From the human T2T-CHM13v2.0 reference genome, Homo sapiens, in assembly GCF_009914755.1 (NCBI RefSeq), contig NC_060931.1: DNA of 64,000 nt. One strand, given 5' to 3'. The notes under the pieces are model-generated. The model saw only the letters and a program-made list of their open reading frames with translations, had not been told where the DNA came from and made no database searches. The position numbers were made by a program, and so were the translations under genes. Positions 1 to 14,044 of this stretch are shown here, piece by piece (the first letter of the stretch is position 1; each line of letters opens with the position of its first letter).

Positions 1-638
1 TTTTTTTTTTTGGCATCCTCCTAGTTAGCTTTCCAGACTGGCCCTCCCTTCACCATTCCTGCCACTCACCCCTCCACACGTGTTCAGTTAAAGTGTGAGG
101 AATACCCTCCCCAGACAAACATCACAGATTTCCGAAATCAAACACGCTCCAGCAAGTGTTCTGCACACCCCACTGCCCTGCCCTGTGAGCATGCTACCCT
201 AGTGAAGACCTGAAACCTTAGAGCTTCACTACAATTCTGACTGTAATACTAAGTCCGCCTACTAAGATGGCGAGGTTTATTTATACCTTTACCTGTTCAG
301 AGTCTTCGTTGAATATTTTGTGATATTATTGAGATCAGAACAAAACACTTATACATTATAGGTTCTCTTATGTCTCTTGAAATGATTATTTTATTCTAGG
401 CTATGAACTACCCTAAATACAAAACTATTACCTCTCATTTTATTTGATTCACAGGAGCTCCTACAGTTTATGACAAACGATACTGAAACTTCCTTTATGT
501 CAGTGAACTCAACATTTTAAATAAATTGAGTCTTGTAGTTACTAAAAGCAGGTGCTGTGACACCATCATAGTTATGAACCCATTTCTGCCACATATGACT
601 TGTTTGCTTTAGGGAAAATACTGAGCTTTCTGTGCTCA

Positions 639-1036
<398 letters not shown>

Positions 1037-2086
1037 TTAATTATATAATACTTAGTTTATTCAACCAAGAAATGTAGCAGTCGTTGTAAAATTATGGACT
1101 GGGAAATCATTTTATATTTTTTTTTAATTTGAAGTTTTAATTGTCCTGAAATTAACATTTAATCTATACCAACTTTTATTGGAGAACGGTGGAAATTTAA
1201 AATCAATGGAAAAGAATGTGCTAATGACAAATTAGCTCTAATTTTCCGTACCATTATTATTATAGAGGTCTTTGATCTATCAGTGACAGTTTTGTTTATA
1301 CTGTAGCTCAGTTATTCACATATAATTAATTATAATTAATAGTAGAAATAAAGATATGGTTCATATCATTTAATTAGAAAAAATGAAAAGGTAAAAGATC
1401 ATTGCAAATAATATAAGAAGATGTAGTTGATACAGTTAATATCTTTCTTTAATTCGGGTGATTGTATTTCATTTTATTTTATTTTTTTTGTTTGGGGATG
1501 TACAGCCAAGATATTGCATCTCTCCTAGCTTACAGTAAAAACACTCAGGCCTAGCATATTTATTAATAGTAAGACCTGTTTACCAGAAAATAAAGAAGAC
1601 ATTTGATTACTTTAAATGTAAAAACAAGGACCATACATAAGATCAACCCATTCCTGGCCAGCACTCAACAACCATCTCTGTCCCAACCCTGTACCAGTGT
1701 GAACTTTTGGGTGCCTTCTTCTCTGGCTGCTGTCATCTGTATGTGTTACTTCTGACCCTCCTCTAGCCACCTGTCACCTTCTTCCCTGAAATCTTTGCCT
1801 TGCTCATTATTGATTTGGGGATCATTAGTGTCCAAAGGGCAAGAGCTATGGCATCTTCTTTTTGTTTTTGCAGCAGCGTTTTATACACTGAAGGTTCTCA
1901 GTAAATACTTGCAGTTGTCAATTGAATGGTTAAAACAGAAAGAATAAAGAGACCAAACAAACACAATCTGTTGATTACCAAGGGGTTCTCTCTTGTTTTA
2001 TGGAATAGGTGGCTATTTTAACTTGGCCTGACAGGTACAGTTTTGGCACAAACACCAGCAGTATTATTGTGCTTTGCTTTGTCTAG

Positions 2087-2383
<297 letters not shown>

Positions 2384-5300
2384 TGAAAAGAATCACTTTT
2401 TCTACACACCAGAAAGGGGCCACGTTTATGTGAGCTGAGTAATTGCCAAGTATTTAAATGACGCATGAAGTGAGACTTCAAAGTTTTTATTTTCTTTGAT
2501 AGGTTTAGAATAGTGATTTAGTTCTTCCTACCATAGAACAGAAATTGACTAATTTTTAATACATTTCCCCTTCTCTCTGAACAGAGCTTCCTCTAATTAT
2601 TTTTGTCTCTAATTGTGCATGGGAAAACATAGCTTGAGGGGGAAACTGGTTCCCCCAGCAACAAAAGGTTCTAGAATATAATATGGACATAAGATGAATC
2701 TAAACAGCCACCTAAAGAATTTTAAAGACATATTTTGATGTACGTATATACACACACCATACCATTTCACACTTTTCAATTAGCACAAGTACAAATATCA
2801 AGTATTATCTTAATGGCATGGGCAATGGTATATTATATCTGACTTATGTTTTCTTCCTGGAAAAGACGCTCCTCTAATATCAGGTATACTTATTAATCAT
2901 TACTGTCATGACAAAGAAGCATTATTTCAAGACCCTTTGCTAGACCCTAGAAGGTAGAATATAAGTTGTGTCTTTAAAACTTTGTGAAGTTTTTATAATA
3001 GAAATAAAGAGCATTTCCCTCCACTGAAAAGCCATGTGCAAAAGCAATGAAAGCAAGAAAGCACAGAACTTATAAGGCTCTCCTCTTCCTGCTTTTCATT
3101 ATCATCATTTTCATCACACCATACATCTCAACATTCTAATTATCATTCCTAACATTTCTGGGCCAAACGTTGTAACGGAGTCATGAGCTGACCTGCATTG
3201 CTTCAGTTAGCATGAGGCTTGTCTATGGAATTTGCTCAAGGTTGCAAAGTTAGTAAATGGTGAAGGCAGGATTAGACTCTCAGCATATCTGATTCCCCAC
3301 GAAGCATTTTGTTTTATTGCATCTACTTGGGCAGTATTTTGGGATAAAGCAGTAGACAGAAGCCAAAAGAGCTTATTCCATCTGCATAGAGGAGGGCACA
3401 AAAGATTCTGAAAATAGAGTTACAAAGTTCTGTTTAAGCAATATTAATCTAACAACAGTACAGAGATTAAATGTACTAAGGTTATACATTGTTTAGAAAA
3501 TGACCCCAAAGTATAAACTGCATCAGTTTCTTTAAGTGAGCGTGCATCTATAGTTTTATTACTACTTATACATAATCCAACTGTCTTGGATCATACCAGC
3601 TTGTGTGCAAAGTTGAGATCACAATAATATAAATGCCCAAAGTACAATTCTTAATATTACACGTAGACATCTACACCCTAAATGGCAGTACCTTTGCCCT
3701 GAATCTCACAATAAATTTCATGGGAAAGTCCTTTTCAACTTCAATAGCTAATTCATTCTCCTAACAGATTTAAGTCCTGACTCTCATATCTAGGCAGAAT
3801 ACACATACTGTTCCACCCTTCCATTCTCCCCTACCGCCACCACCCCCTACACTATAAATAAAGAAATAAATAACTCGTGCACATAAATGTCTACAGCCAC
3901 ACAGTTCCGAAAGCAATTGCAGCATTCAGTCTCTCAAACCTTATGCACAATAATTTTCTATCTCAACTTTCATCTCCACCACTTGTACTCTAAAGCCCTT
4001 TATAAGTGCTTTTGAAAATAAAATGGCATTTTTATTAGAAAAAGGAGACCTCAGTTCTCATTCCAGTTGCTGTACTCTGAGGTTCTCATCTGTAAAAGCA
4101 AATATTTGAGTAGGTGATCGCGAGGGTCCCTTAACCAGAAAGGCACTTCCCAGTGATAATGTAATTAATTGCTGCCATTACTTGAAAGTATTTCTTTTCT
4201 TAAAAAAAAAAACTTGTTATATATAATGTAATTGCTATGTAAATATAATAATCTATTCAATTATCATGAATAGCTTCCAATTCAGCTTTCTAACTATCTG
4301 CTATGATATTGGGCAACTCATTAATGTCTCTGAGCCTTAACTTCCTCATTTGTTTTTACATCTTGACTCTGATTTCTGATACCACTTTTATCCTTAGCTG
4401 ACTATGATTCAGTCTCATCTGACACACAGTCACATCTGGGAAATGGCAGTTATCATCCCAGTTTCAAAAGGGGAAACAAAAGCCTTAGGCTTTAGAAGGT
4501 ATGTGCAAGTCACTCCACATTCATGCCAGTTGCGTGATGACCCAGGATGGGTCCTGGGTTTTTCTATTCCTACTTTACATTTTTTTCACCACACTAAGCT
4601 AACTTGGTAGTATATTAGATAGTATGGCCTGGTAATAGAATGCCTTGTGACAGTTTCAGAATCTGCTGAATTCAGAACTGATGATGCTTAATCTGCTGAG
4701 ATTCCACTGAAAGCAGTAGTATTCACTAAATCATTTATTATTTTGCAGAACAAATACAGAGTTTCCACTATGGGCCAGGTAGTTGGGTGTGGTGGTAGAC
4801 AGGTTGTAGTTCTTGTGCCGTATACTCTCTTCCCATAGTCAACCTGTGGGAGTATGGGCCACAAATCCAGGTTCACGTAATAGGGACAGAGTCTCTATTA
4901 TAAGGTTCCAGGGCATTCATCTATTTAATAGTAAATTATTTTTATTTTATATAGTTAATTATCTTTAATAACTTTCAAGTTCTCTTTTCCCATGCCTTGT
5001 AAAAGAGATATTTGGAATGAGAGATATTTGTTGCAGAGGTACTGGTGCTTGGTTATCAATTATATTCTGGAATTTTCCTATACTCAAAAGGGATACCCTG
5101 GTGAGAATCAAGCACCAGATTCCTACATAATCTATGGCAAATACCTCCAGGATCTGTGTTTGTGTTATTAACCTTTAACCAGTTGGTATGTTGCCAAAAG
5201 TTTCTGAATGGTGATAAGATCTTGAACTACCTTGGCAACTTTATTTTGGGGTGTGTCAGTAAACAAAGAAATACACGTAACTAAACTTTTCTGTACCATA

Positions 5301-7389
5301 ATATTTTAATAGTAGTAATTGCGCTAGTTATCCAAAGACAACCTTCTGCATCAGAGAGCCTAAAAGGATGCCAGTGCAGTTTCTTCAAGTTTGTATTATG
5401 ACCCAGGTATGAAAAACTTAGGTTAAACATCCAGTTATCACCCAGCTAAGGCCACCTGGCCAAAACTAAGGTTATGGATATAACCTAAATCCCATACCTT
5501 GATCATATATCAGAGAAATCAGCTTTTTTGATCAACAGTCACTATTATTAATATGTTATTCCATATTGTCCTTTTATTGAATTTTAAATTATAGTAAATA
5601 TTCCCGGACATTACAATATAACCTCCTCAGCCTGAGGCATAAGATAGTAAAATTATCAGTTTAGCCAGTTTGAAAGTGAAGAACATCATCAATATTTTGG
5701 AGAATGATTTAGACCCATTGTCTCATAGTTAGCTTATTTTTAGACAATAACATGAAATGTGGCCAGATCTTACCAATTTACAGAGTCATTGGAAAAACAC
5801 TTTTGAACAATATATTTTAAAGTTGGTGAATTTATTAGTCATGATTTTCCCATGATTTTTAAAGATATGAACTATTTTTAGAAATTAGTAAAATTACATC
5901 TGAAAATACTGTAAAATACTACCAGTAACTGCAGAATGTGAATGATAGTGGAAGAAAAGCCCATATTCTTAAGATTTGGAGTCTGGGGTTAACTCTTGGA
6001 AAGATATGTCACAGTCAGCCACTAGTGAAGAATTCTATTTCCCAGGAGTAGGAATTCCTGTGGTGAGTTACTGATCCTGATGTTCCCCATGTTCTGTTTC
6101 CTTGCTGTTTGGTCCGTGATGCAGCTTTACCCTGTTCTCCTCACTATTTATAAATGATCACGCCCTCTCCCATTGTCCAGTCATGCTGCTTTGAAAAAAC
6201 AGTCTCCACTTCCTCATTTACCAGTCAGTCTTTAACCCACAGTCAGACTTTCACTCTCACAGTTCCTCGGAAAATGTTCTTGTTATGGGCATCGATGACC
6301 CCTGGTAAATCCGGTGGACACCGTGACATTATGCACGTGATTCTTGTGTTGCAACCCACACTTTTGACTTTTCCCAGCTTATCCAGCCTCACTCCTCCCC
6401 TGGCTTCCTTGTTTTTCTCCCTCTCAGGCCACTGTTATTCTTCTTTGCATGGCCTGCCCTTCAAGTGCTTTTTTAAAGGATTTTAATTATTGTCTCTTCT
6501 TTTATACATTCTTCCTAAGCAAACTCATCCCCACCCAGAGCTTCAACTACTACCCATGAGTCAATCTAAACTTTAAATCTAACTCAGACCTCTTGCCTGA
6601 GCTCCAAGTCAGTATTTCAGATATTTCATGTTATGTGTGTCATAAGAACCTCAAACTCAACACATCTAGAAAATGATTTCTTCTCTAATTGTCTTTATCT
6701 TATTAATGGAGCCACCACTCACTCAGGATTTCAAAGCCAAAATCCAGGAGTCATCCTGACTTCTCCCAAGTGCTCTACATTCATTTAATTGCTATCCTAG
6801 CCTGTTCCACCTTCTAATTATCTCTTGAATCTTTCCTGTTCTCTTCATTGCTGTTGATACTGTCTTAGTACCCAGTGCCTGACACATTCCTTCAAGTCAC
6901 CAGACTTTTGCTGTTGCAGATGGATTCCTTTGCTAGAATACTCGCCTCTTATTTGGCAACTTTCTCCAGCAGGCATCCAATATTTTCTCATCCTTTGATA
7001 TCCACGTCAGATATTGTCTTCTTCATAGTTTGTTTCCTGACCTTTTCTTCTGCTTCCACTGTCCAGTGTCCCAGCCCTTTAGGGTCAGATTTAGACTTAA
7101 CTTCCCTGTCATTATGCAGAGACTTGCTTCTCAGCCTTTTTTATATTGCTTGTCCATTTACTTATCAGCCTTCCTCACTCACTGTGTTTCTAAAATATAA
7201 AGCCTACAACTTACAGTCACTCAACAGATGTTTCAACAAATGTATATCTATCCAGCATAAAGTATATGGCTCATGCAGCCACATGTCTAGAGTGTTTTTT
7301 AATTCATTTATAACTCAACTGGACCCTATTCTCAAGCTCCTATTTCCCCAGAAGGTTTAAAAATAATTTTGATTTATTGAAATGAATTT

Positions 7390-8330
7390 TGAATGGCCAA
7401 TAAGTAAATGAAAAAATGCTGAACATCACTAATTATCAGGAAAATGGAAAGCAAAACCACTATGAGATATCATCTTATCCCAGTTAGAATGACTGTCATC
7501 AAAAACACACACAGAAAAGACAAATGCTCATGAGGATGCCGAGAAAAGGGAACTCTTATACGCTGTGGTAATGTAAATTACTACAGCCATTATGAAAAAC
7601 ATTATGGAAGTTTCTCAAAAAAAATAAAAATAGAACTACCATATGATCCAGCAGTCCCACTACTGGGTATTTATCTAAAGGAAGGGACATTAGTATATCA
7701 AAGGGATACGCATGCCCCTATGTTTATTGCATCACTATTCACAATAGCAAACGTATGGAATCAACATAAATATCCATAAACAGGTGAATAAAGAAAATAT
7801 GGTATACACACAATGGAACAATAATCAGCCATAAAATAAAGTATGGAATCCTTCCATTTGCACCAACGTGGATGAATCTGGAGGATATTATGTTAAGCAA
7901 AGCAAGTCATGCGCAGAAAGATAAATACTTCATCTTCTCACTCAAATGCAGGGACTTAAAAAATGAGCTCATAGATCTAGAGAGTAGAATTGTGGTTATG
8001 AGAGATTGGGAAGGGTAGGGGGAGGGGAGGCTAGGGAGAGGTTAATTAACAGATACAAAATTACAGCAATATAGGAGGAATAAATTCTGTTCTACTGTTG
8101 TATAGTGCTATGTGGTGAATACAGTTAACAATAATTTATTGTATATTTTTTCAAAGCTAGAAAAGGATTTCGAGTGTTCCCAGTACAAATAAGTGATAAC
8201 TATTTGAGGTGATTGATGTGCTAATTACTCTGATTTGATCATTACACACTTTATACTTGTATCAAAATATCACTCTGTAGCCAATAAATATGTACAATTT
8301 TTACATGTCAACTAAAAATAAAAAGGAATA
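7390..8330 (+). mobile_element. Old L1 (L1MA-like) ORF2 end and 3' UTR
   Basis: CATCACTAATTATCAGGGAAATG, ACCATATGATCCAGCAGTCCCACTACTGGGTAT and GATTTGATCATTACACA motifs; A-rich end. Confidence 0.8.
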
Positions 8331-9528
8331 AAGGTGAATTTTGTTAGCCATTAAAGCAGTTTGAACTTATCCTACCCATCCTCTTTTCCATCCCTCAGGA
8401 GTAGGGGACATATATGTAATATTGTAGCCTGGGGGTGGGGAGTGAGGATGAGGATGGATGTGTGAGTCTGATTTGTACTCATCAGTCCTCACTAATCTAT
8501 AACCTTCGTTGAGGTGTAGTCATTCCATTAATTCTTGAGCTTTCGGCTTTGGCCTCTGTTCCCCAGACATTTGCTAGGGAATATCCATAGCCTCATTTTA
8601 GTCTTCTGATGTCATGGCCACATATCACTACAACACCCTTTCTGGTTCTGTCAGCCACTACTGCATTCTTCTCAGGAACTCTGCTTTGTTTTTCCCAGAC
8701 TACCCTAGAATTGTGGGACACGGTATCCTCATCGTACCAGTGCCCCTTGGCCCAGTGGCTTGGATGCTACCCTCAGTCATTTCTGCTCTAATGCTTAGGC
8801 TCATGGAGGGGTGTAGGACAAATCAATTGGAAGGGAAGTGTGCTGGGCTCTTCTCAAAGATTGATTGCTTTGGGTTAGATTTCCTACTTTTTTCAGTCTT
8901 CTTTTTTACTTTTTGAACCAGACAAACTAGTCTTACACCACCTCACATTCTTGCCTACTCTGTGTTTCCTGCAAGATACACTCCAGCCCCTAAGACCCAC
9001 ACCGTACTGCTTAAGATGCAAAACCAGCTTTCGAAACAGCATCCTCACTTACTCCTGGCCAAAAAGCTGTAGCAAAATCAAATTTCTTTTAAATTAAAAC
9101 TATGTTGGCTTTCAGACTTTTGTCTCTGCTATTACTTAAAAATGCTTATTTTAAAACTAAAGACTGAACTAAATCTTCTCTGTTCTGGATAAATTTGTCC
9201 TTACCCCCAAAGTAATGCATACCACTAGATTTATAAGAGGAGAGCCTTGAGGCAATAAGAATGGATAATGGGAAAGATACACCAAATCTTAGATCTCTAA
9301 AATGTACCCTGAAGTAAAAGTAGGGATGAATGGCATTTATTCTGTGCCTAGTGCGTGCCGAGTGAATAGAATTGTAAGGGTAAACAGCAGATAGGCTTTG
9401 ACCTTCAGGTACTGTCAAATGCTGGGAGGCATAGACACATACACAAGTAAGAGGATGACAAGGTAAAATGTGAGACATGCAGGAGGAAAGGTGTAAACAC
9501 ATTATAATTGGAGAATGGATGAGGGCGC

Positions 9529-9959
9529 TGTAAGGTTAGCCGAGAGAAAGGACGAGAGAGAGACCCAAGGTCAGGAGAGTAAGTTTACTAACCTGCCAGG
9601 CTGCTTCACCACAGTCAAAGGAGGCAGCCCTGAGCTTACAAAATGAGGGTTTTATATGGGGGAGAGAGACCCTGGGGTTGTTTGTTGGTTAACCTTACCA
9701 CATATCATCTCGTGACCAGGTTACAATATAGGAATTTACAAGAGGGTGTAACTTAGGTTTATCCACGTTTCTCGTGACCTCCCCCATGCTGCCCGTAGGG
9801 CTGTAAGCAAGTCTGGTGACCTTGCTGTAGTGCCTAGATAAGGGTCCAGGAATGCAGCTGCAGAGTATTCAGGGTAAGGGACAGCTGCATTGGGTGGGGG
9901 GGGGGGGTGCGGGGGCGGGTGGGGAGGGGGAGGGGTTCTGGTGCAACTTGTTCCTAACA
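9529..9959 (-). repeat. 3' LTR (LTR46-like), 431 bp
   Basis: TG...CA termini; direct repeat of 16195-16595; preceded on the minus strand by the PPT AAAAGGCTGGAA (9960-9971); TATA-like CATATAAAA near 9650-9658. Confidence 0.92.
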
Positions 9960-9971
9960 TTCCAGCCTTTT

Positions 9972-10790
9972 AATAGGTAATAGAAGAGGGGCGCCGTTGT
10001 CCTCTGGCTGCTTCTTGCTGGATAGGGGCGATGGTTGGGGGGAGAGGCTGGGTAGTAGGGACTGCTGTTCCTGGAGCTGTCGGTATTCTCGGAGTAGCAT
10101 CATGTCTTGTACTGTTCCATGGGTGAAGGCTCTAACACGGCCCTGTAAAAACTGGGTAAGGAGATGTAAGAGACATGGGCCAAGTGCTAAATGGAGGAAG
10201 AGGGTAATGGCAGGGCCTAGGAAGGGCAGTAGCCAGGGTGCCCAGGAGTTACGAAATCACCTGGGCCGGGAATCTGAAAGGCGCTGCCTGATTTCAGCAG
10301 CTTTTTTTTTTTTTTTTTTTGAGATGGAGTCTTGCTCTGTCGCCCAGGCTGGAGTGCAGTGGCATCATCTCTGCTCACTGCAAGCTCCGCCTCCCGGGTT
10401 CACCCCACACGCCATTCTCCTGCCTCAGCCTCCTGAGTAGCTGGGAGTACAGCTGCCGGCCACCACGCCCGGCTAATTTTTTCTATTTTTAGTAGAGACG
10501 GGGTTTCACCGTGTTAGCCAAGATGGTCTCGATCTCCTGACCTCGTGATCCGCCCGCCTCAGCCTCCCAAAGATCTGGGATTACAGGCGTGAGCCACTGC
10601 ACCCGGCCAGAAGCTTTTTCATTTATTCGTCCAGCAGCATCTTGTACTAGTCCTGACTGGTTAGTATAGAAACAGCACTCCTCTTCTAAAAAGATACACA
10701 GGCCGCCTTTCTCGGCAGTGAGGAGATCTAAACCTCGATGGTTTTGAAGTGTCACTGCTGCTTAAAGAGTCTTTTGGAATTGGAGAGCAA
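9972..10790 (-). pseudogene. ERV env TM remnant (SU and fusion peptide deleted), interrupted by AluY
   Basis: [17 protein letters not shown] immunosuppressive domain and CIFLEEECC (CX6CC); after the Alu, WAPWLLPFLGPAITLFLHLALGPCLL membrane anchor. Confidence 0.9.
10302..10608 (-). mobile_element. AluY-like element inserted in ERV env
   Basis: Poly-T plus full Alu; AluY-type GCAAGCTCCGCCTCCCGGGTTCAC; TSD ag(c/a)agctttt; removing it restores env INEKASEIRQRL. Confidence 0.93.
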
Positions 10791-10809
10791 GTCTATTTGG
10801 GATTGGAGA

Positions 10810-13800
10810 CCCCTTCGTGGGGTTTTGGGAGGGCCTGGTCGGCTTGTTGGCAGAGGAGATAGCTCATGAGGGAGACTGTTGGGAGGTATTCTCCTAGCTG
10901 AGAGTTAGAAGGGGGCCTGTTTTGTAAGAGGAAAGGGCGTCCGTATATTAACTCAAATGGACTGAGGAAGGAGGGTGCTTTTGGACTGGCTCTAATGCTC
11001 TCCAGTGCTATGGGCAAAAGGGAGGTCCATGGTTTTTGGACTTCAAGAGTGAGTTTGGTTAACTGAGCCTTAAGGATCCCATTTGCCCTTTCGACTTTTC
11101 CGGATGTCTGGGGCCAGCATGGGATATGGAGACGCCACTGGATGCCAAGGGACTGAGAAACCTGTTGAGTGATTTGGGAGATGAAGCTAGGGGCCATTGT
11201 CTGATTGTATGGAGCCAGGGAGACCAAATGTAGGGATGATTTCTGTTACAAGAATTTGGGAGACTTCTGCGGCCTTTTCTGAAGAGGTAGGAAATGCTTC
11301 TACCCACCTAGAGAAGGTGTCTATAAGAGTAAGAATAAATTTTGTCCTCTTGACGGGATGAATGTGGGTGAAGTCTATTTGCCAGTCCTCCCCTGGGAGT
11401 GTTCCTCTGAGGGGATGTGTAGGGATGGAGGGAGAGTGGAGGGCCCCTTGGGAGGAAGTAACAGAGCATATAGGACAGTTTGAGGTTATGTCTCTTAGTG
11501 AGGTGAATAGATGGGGGGAGGAGAAATAGGGTGAAGGAGTAGGTATGGGGGCGCACACTGATATGGAAGGATTGGTGAAGAGATGTCAGAATTTCTTTGG
11601 TCTGCTCTTAGGGGAGGACGAGCTTTTGATTTTTGACTATCCAGTCCCCTTGAAAGGAGGCTCCTTGCTGTATAGCAAAGCTTTCTCGGTGGGAGAGTTC
11701 TTGGGTAGGATTGCTGGGATAACAGGAAGGAGAGGGGCAGAGGCAGAAGAAAGGGAGGCTTCTTTTGCTGCCTCATCGGCCTTTCTGTTGCCTCGAGATT
11801 TCATCTGAACCTGTTCGATGTCCTCAACAGTGTATAACTCCTGCTTTAGCTGGGAGGTGTGTGGCCTGAAGGAGTTAGTAAATAAGGTGGCCATTAGTGA
11901 TAGGGGTTCCTTTGGCAGTAAGGAGTCCTCTCTTTTGCCAGATAGCAGCGTGGGAACGAGGAATGTGATAGGCATATTTGGAGTCTGTATAAATGTTGAC
12001 TCGTTTGCCTTTGGAAAGATTTAGGGCCCTGGTGAGAGCTATGAGTTCTGCTTTTTGGGAGGAGGATCCTGGCTTCAATTACTTGGTCAAGGGAAACAAC
12101 TGCATATCCAGCAATCTGGGGGGTAGCTGGTGGGCCTGGAAGAGGAGCCATCTATGAATAGTTGATCATCGGGGTTGGTGAGAGGCTCGGAGGAAATGTT
12201 TGGGAAATGTGGCTGTACGTGGTCCAGGATATCAGTGGAAGAATGAGTAGGAAGGGAAGAGGATACGGGGAGTAAGGATGCTGGGTTGAGGGAAGCACTT
12301 CTGGTAAGACTGAATTTGGGATTTTTTATAAAGAGGGCATGGAGTAATTGAATCCTGGAAGGAGGAAGGGAGCTTACTGCTTGGGAGGAGAGGAGATCTT
12401 GTAGATTATGAGAACTGTGGACGGTGGTATTCTGGCTGAAAGTTAGTTTCCTGCTTTCTAGAGCTAAGCTGGCTACCACTTCTAGTGCTTTAAAGCAGGC
12501 TGGCCACCCTTTGACTGTGTTATCTAGTTGTTTAGAGAGGTAAGCTACAGGGGCAAAGGAAGGAGGATTTCCTTTCTGTTGTCCTAAGACACCGAGGGCT
12601 ATTCCTCAGCTTTCAGCAGTATAGAGAGTGAAAGGTTGGGAGATATCAGGTAAGGACGGAGCTGACGCAGTGACAAGAGCAGTTTGGAGTTTGTGGAAGC
12701 TGGGGAGTATGTTATGTGAGGGGTTTAGGGGTTCATTGGGAGGGCCTTTGGCCACTTCATAGAGGGGATGAGCTAGGAGGGCAAAGTTGGAAATCCATAT
12801 TCTAAAGAAGCCTGCTAGCCCTGGGAAGGAAAGGATTTCGCTTTTGGAGGAGGGTGGGGGTAGATTTTCTATTAATGCTGCCCTGGCTGGAGTCATAGCC
12901 TGGGCCCCAGGGGAAAGTTGAATTCCTAAGTAAGTCATCATGGAGATGGAGAGTTGGGCCTTGGAGGGGGAGACCCTATACCCTTTGATAGCGAGAAAGT
13001 TTAAGAGAGCAGTGGCCGTGTGAGTTTGAGAGTCTTTTAGAGAGGGGCTGCAAAGAAGAAGGTCGTCCACATATTGAAGATGACTGGGAGACAGGTTTAA
13101 GGAAGTGAGGTTTCGGGCTAGAGCTTGTCCAAAGAAATGAGGGCTATCCCTGAAGCCCTGAGGGAGGACAGTCCATGTGAGTTGTTGTGACTGGAGGGTG
13201 TCAGGGTCAGTCCAGGTGAAAGCAAATAGGTTTTGGGAATCAGGGTGTAGGGAAATGGTAAAGAAGGCATCCTTCAGGTCAATTGCAGTGTAGAGGGTGG
13301 TGTTGGTAGCGACGAGAGAGAGAAGTGGATAGGGGTTATGGACTATGGGATGAATAGGGAGGACAGCTTGACTGATGGCTTGGAGGTTGTGAACGAGTCG
13401 GTATGAGCCATCAGACTTTTTAACAGGGAGGATAGGGGTGTTATATGGAGAGTGTGTTGGTCTAAGAAGACTGCATGAGCAGAGCTTGTTTACGATGGGC
13501 TGTAGGCCCTTTTGGTGGGTTAGAGAGATGGGGTATTGAGGAACGCTGGGAAATTTGGAAGAGTCTTTTAACTGGATTCTGATGGGGTCATGGTGAGCAG
13601 CTACGGAAGGGTTAATGAGAGAGGCAGGAAGTGGGTACTGGGGAAAGGGGTCAGGGGCCGGACTAGCGGAGAGGAGCAGGAGGGGACTCTGGTTGAAGGG
13701 GGCAAGAAAAGGTGATAGAAGCTTTGACTTTGGCTAAAAGGTCTCAGCCTAGAATGGGGGTGGGGCAATGAGGCATGATAAGGAAAGAGTGTGAGAAAAT

Positions 13801-14040
13801 GGCATCAAACAGGGAACAAGTAAGAGGTCTGGTGGCAAGCGGACAAGAGATGAGTCCGTCAACCCCCACAACTGAGACTTGAGAGGGATGAGTGGGTCCT
13901 GAGAACTCAGGCAAAGCTGAGTAGGTGGCCCCACTATCAATTAAAAAAGAGATCAGCTTACCTGCTACTAGTAGAGTTACCCTGGGCTCCGATGCAGTGA
14001 TGGCAGTGGGGGCCGGGAGCCGGGGCCCAGGGGCCCTGGC
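10810..14040 (-). pseudogene. ERV pro-pol (PR, RT, RNase H, IN), frameshifted and 3'-truncated
   Basis: FLIDSGATY (PR, ~13925-13950), LPQGFRDSP and YVDDLL (RT), FIDGSS/SQKAELIAL/IYTDSKY/GNRKAD (RNase H), WQIDFTH/SDNGP/SGKVERAN (IN). Confidence 0.92.
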
Positions 14041-14044
14041 CTCA

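Noticed and set aside
255-275. YY1-like motif AAGATGGCG
   Set aside because: A single short motif with no CpG island or other promoter context; not supportable from sequence alone.
6154-7360. ORFs of 110 and 161 aa
   Set aside because: Low-complexity S/L/F-rich translations over decayed L2-like sequence, with no recognisable domain.
9997-10440. 147-aa + strand ORF in the ERV
   Set aside because: Antisense shadow of env TM plus Alu with a non-ATG start; no supporting features.
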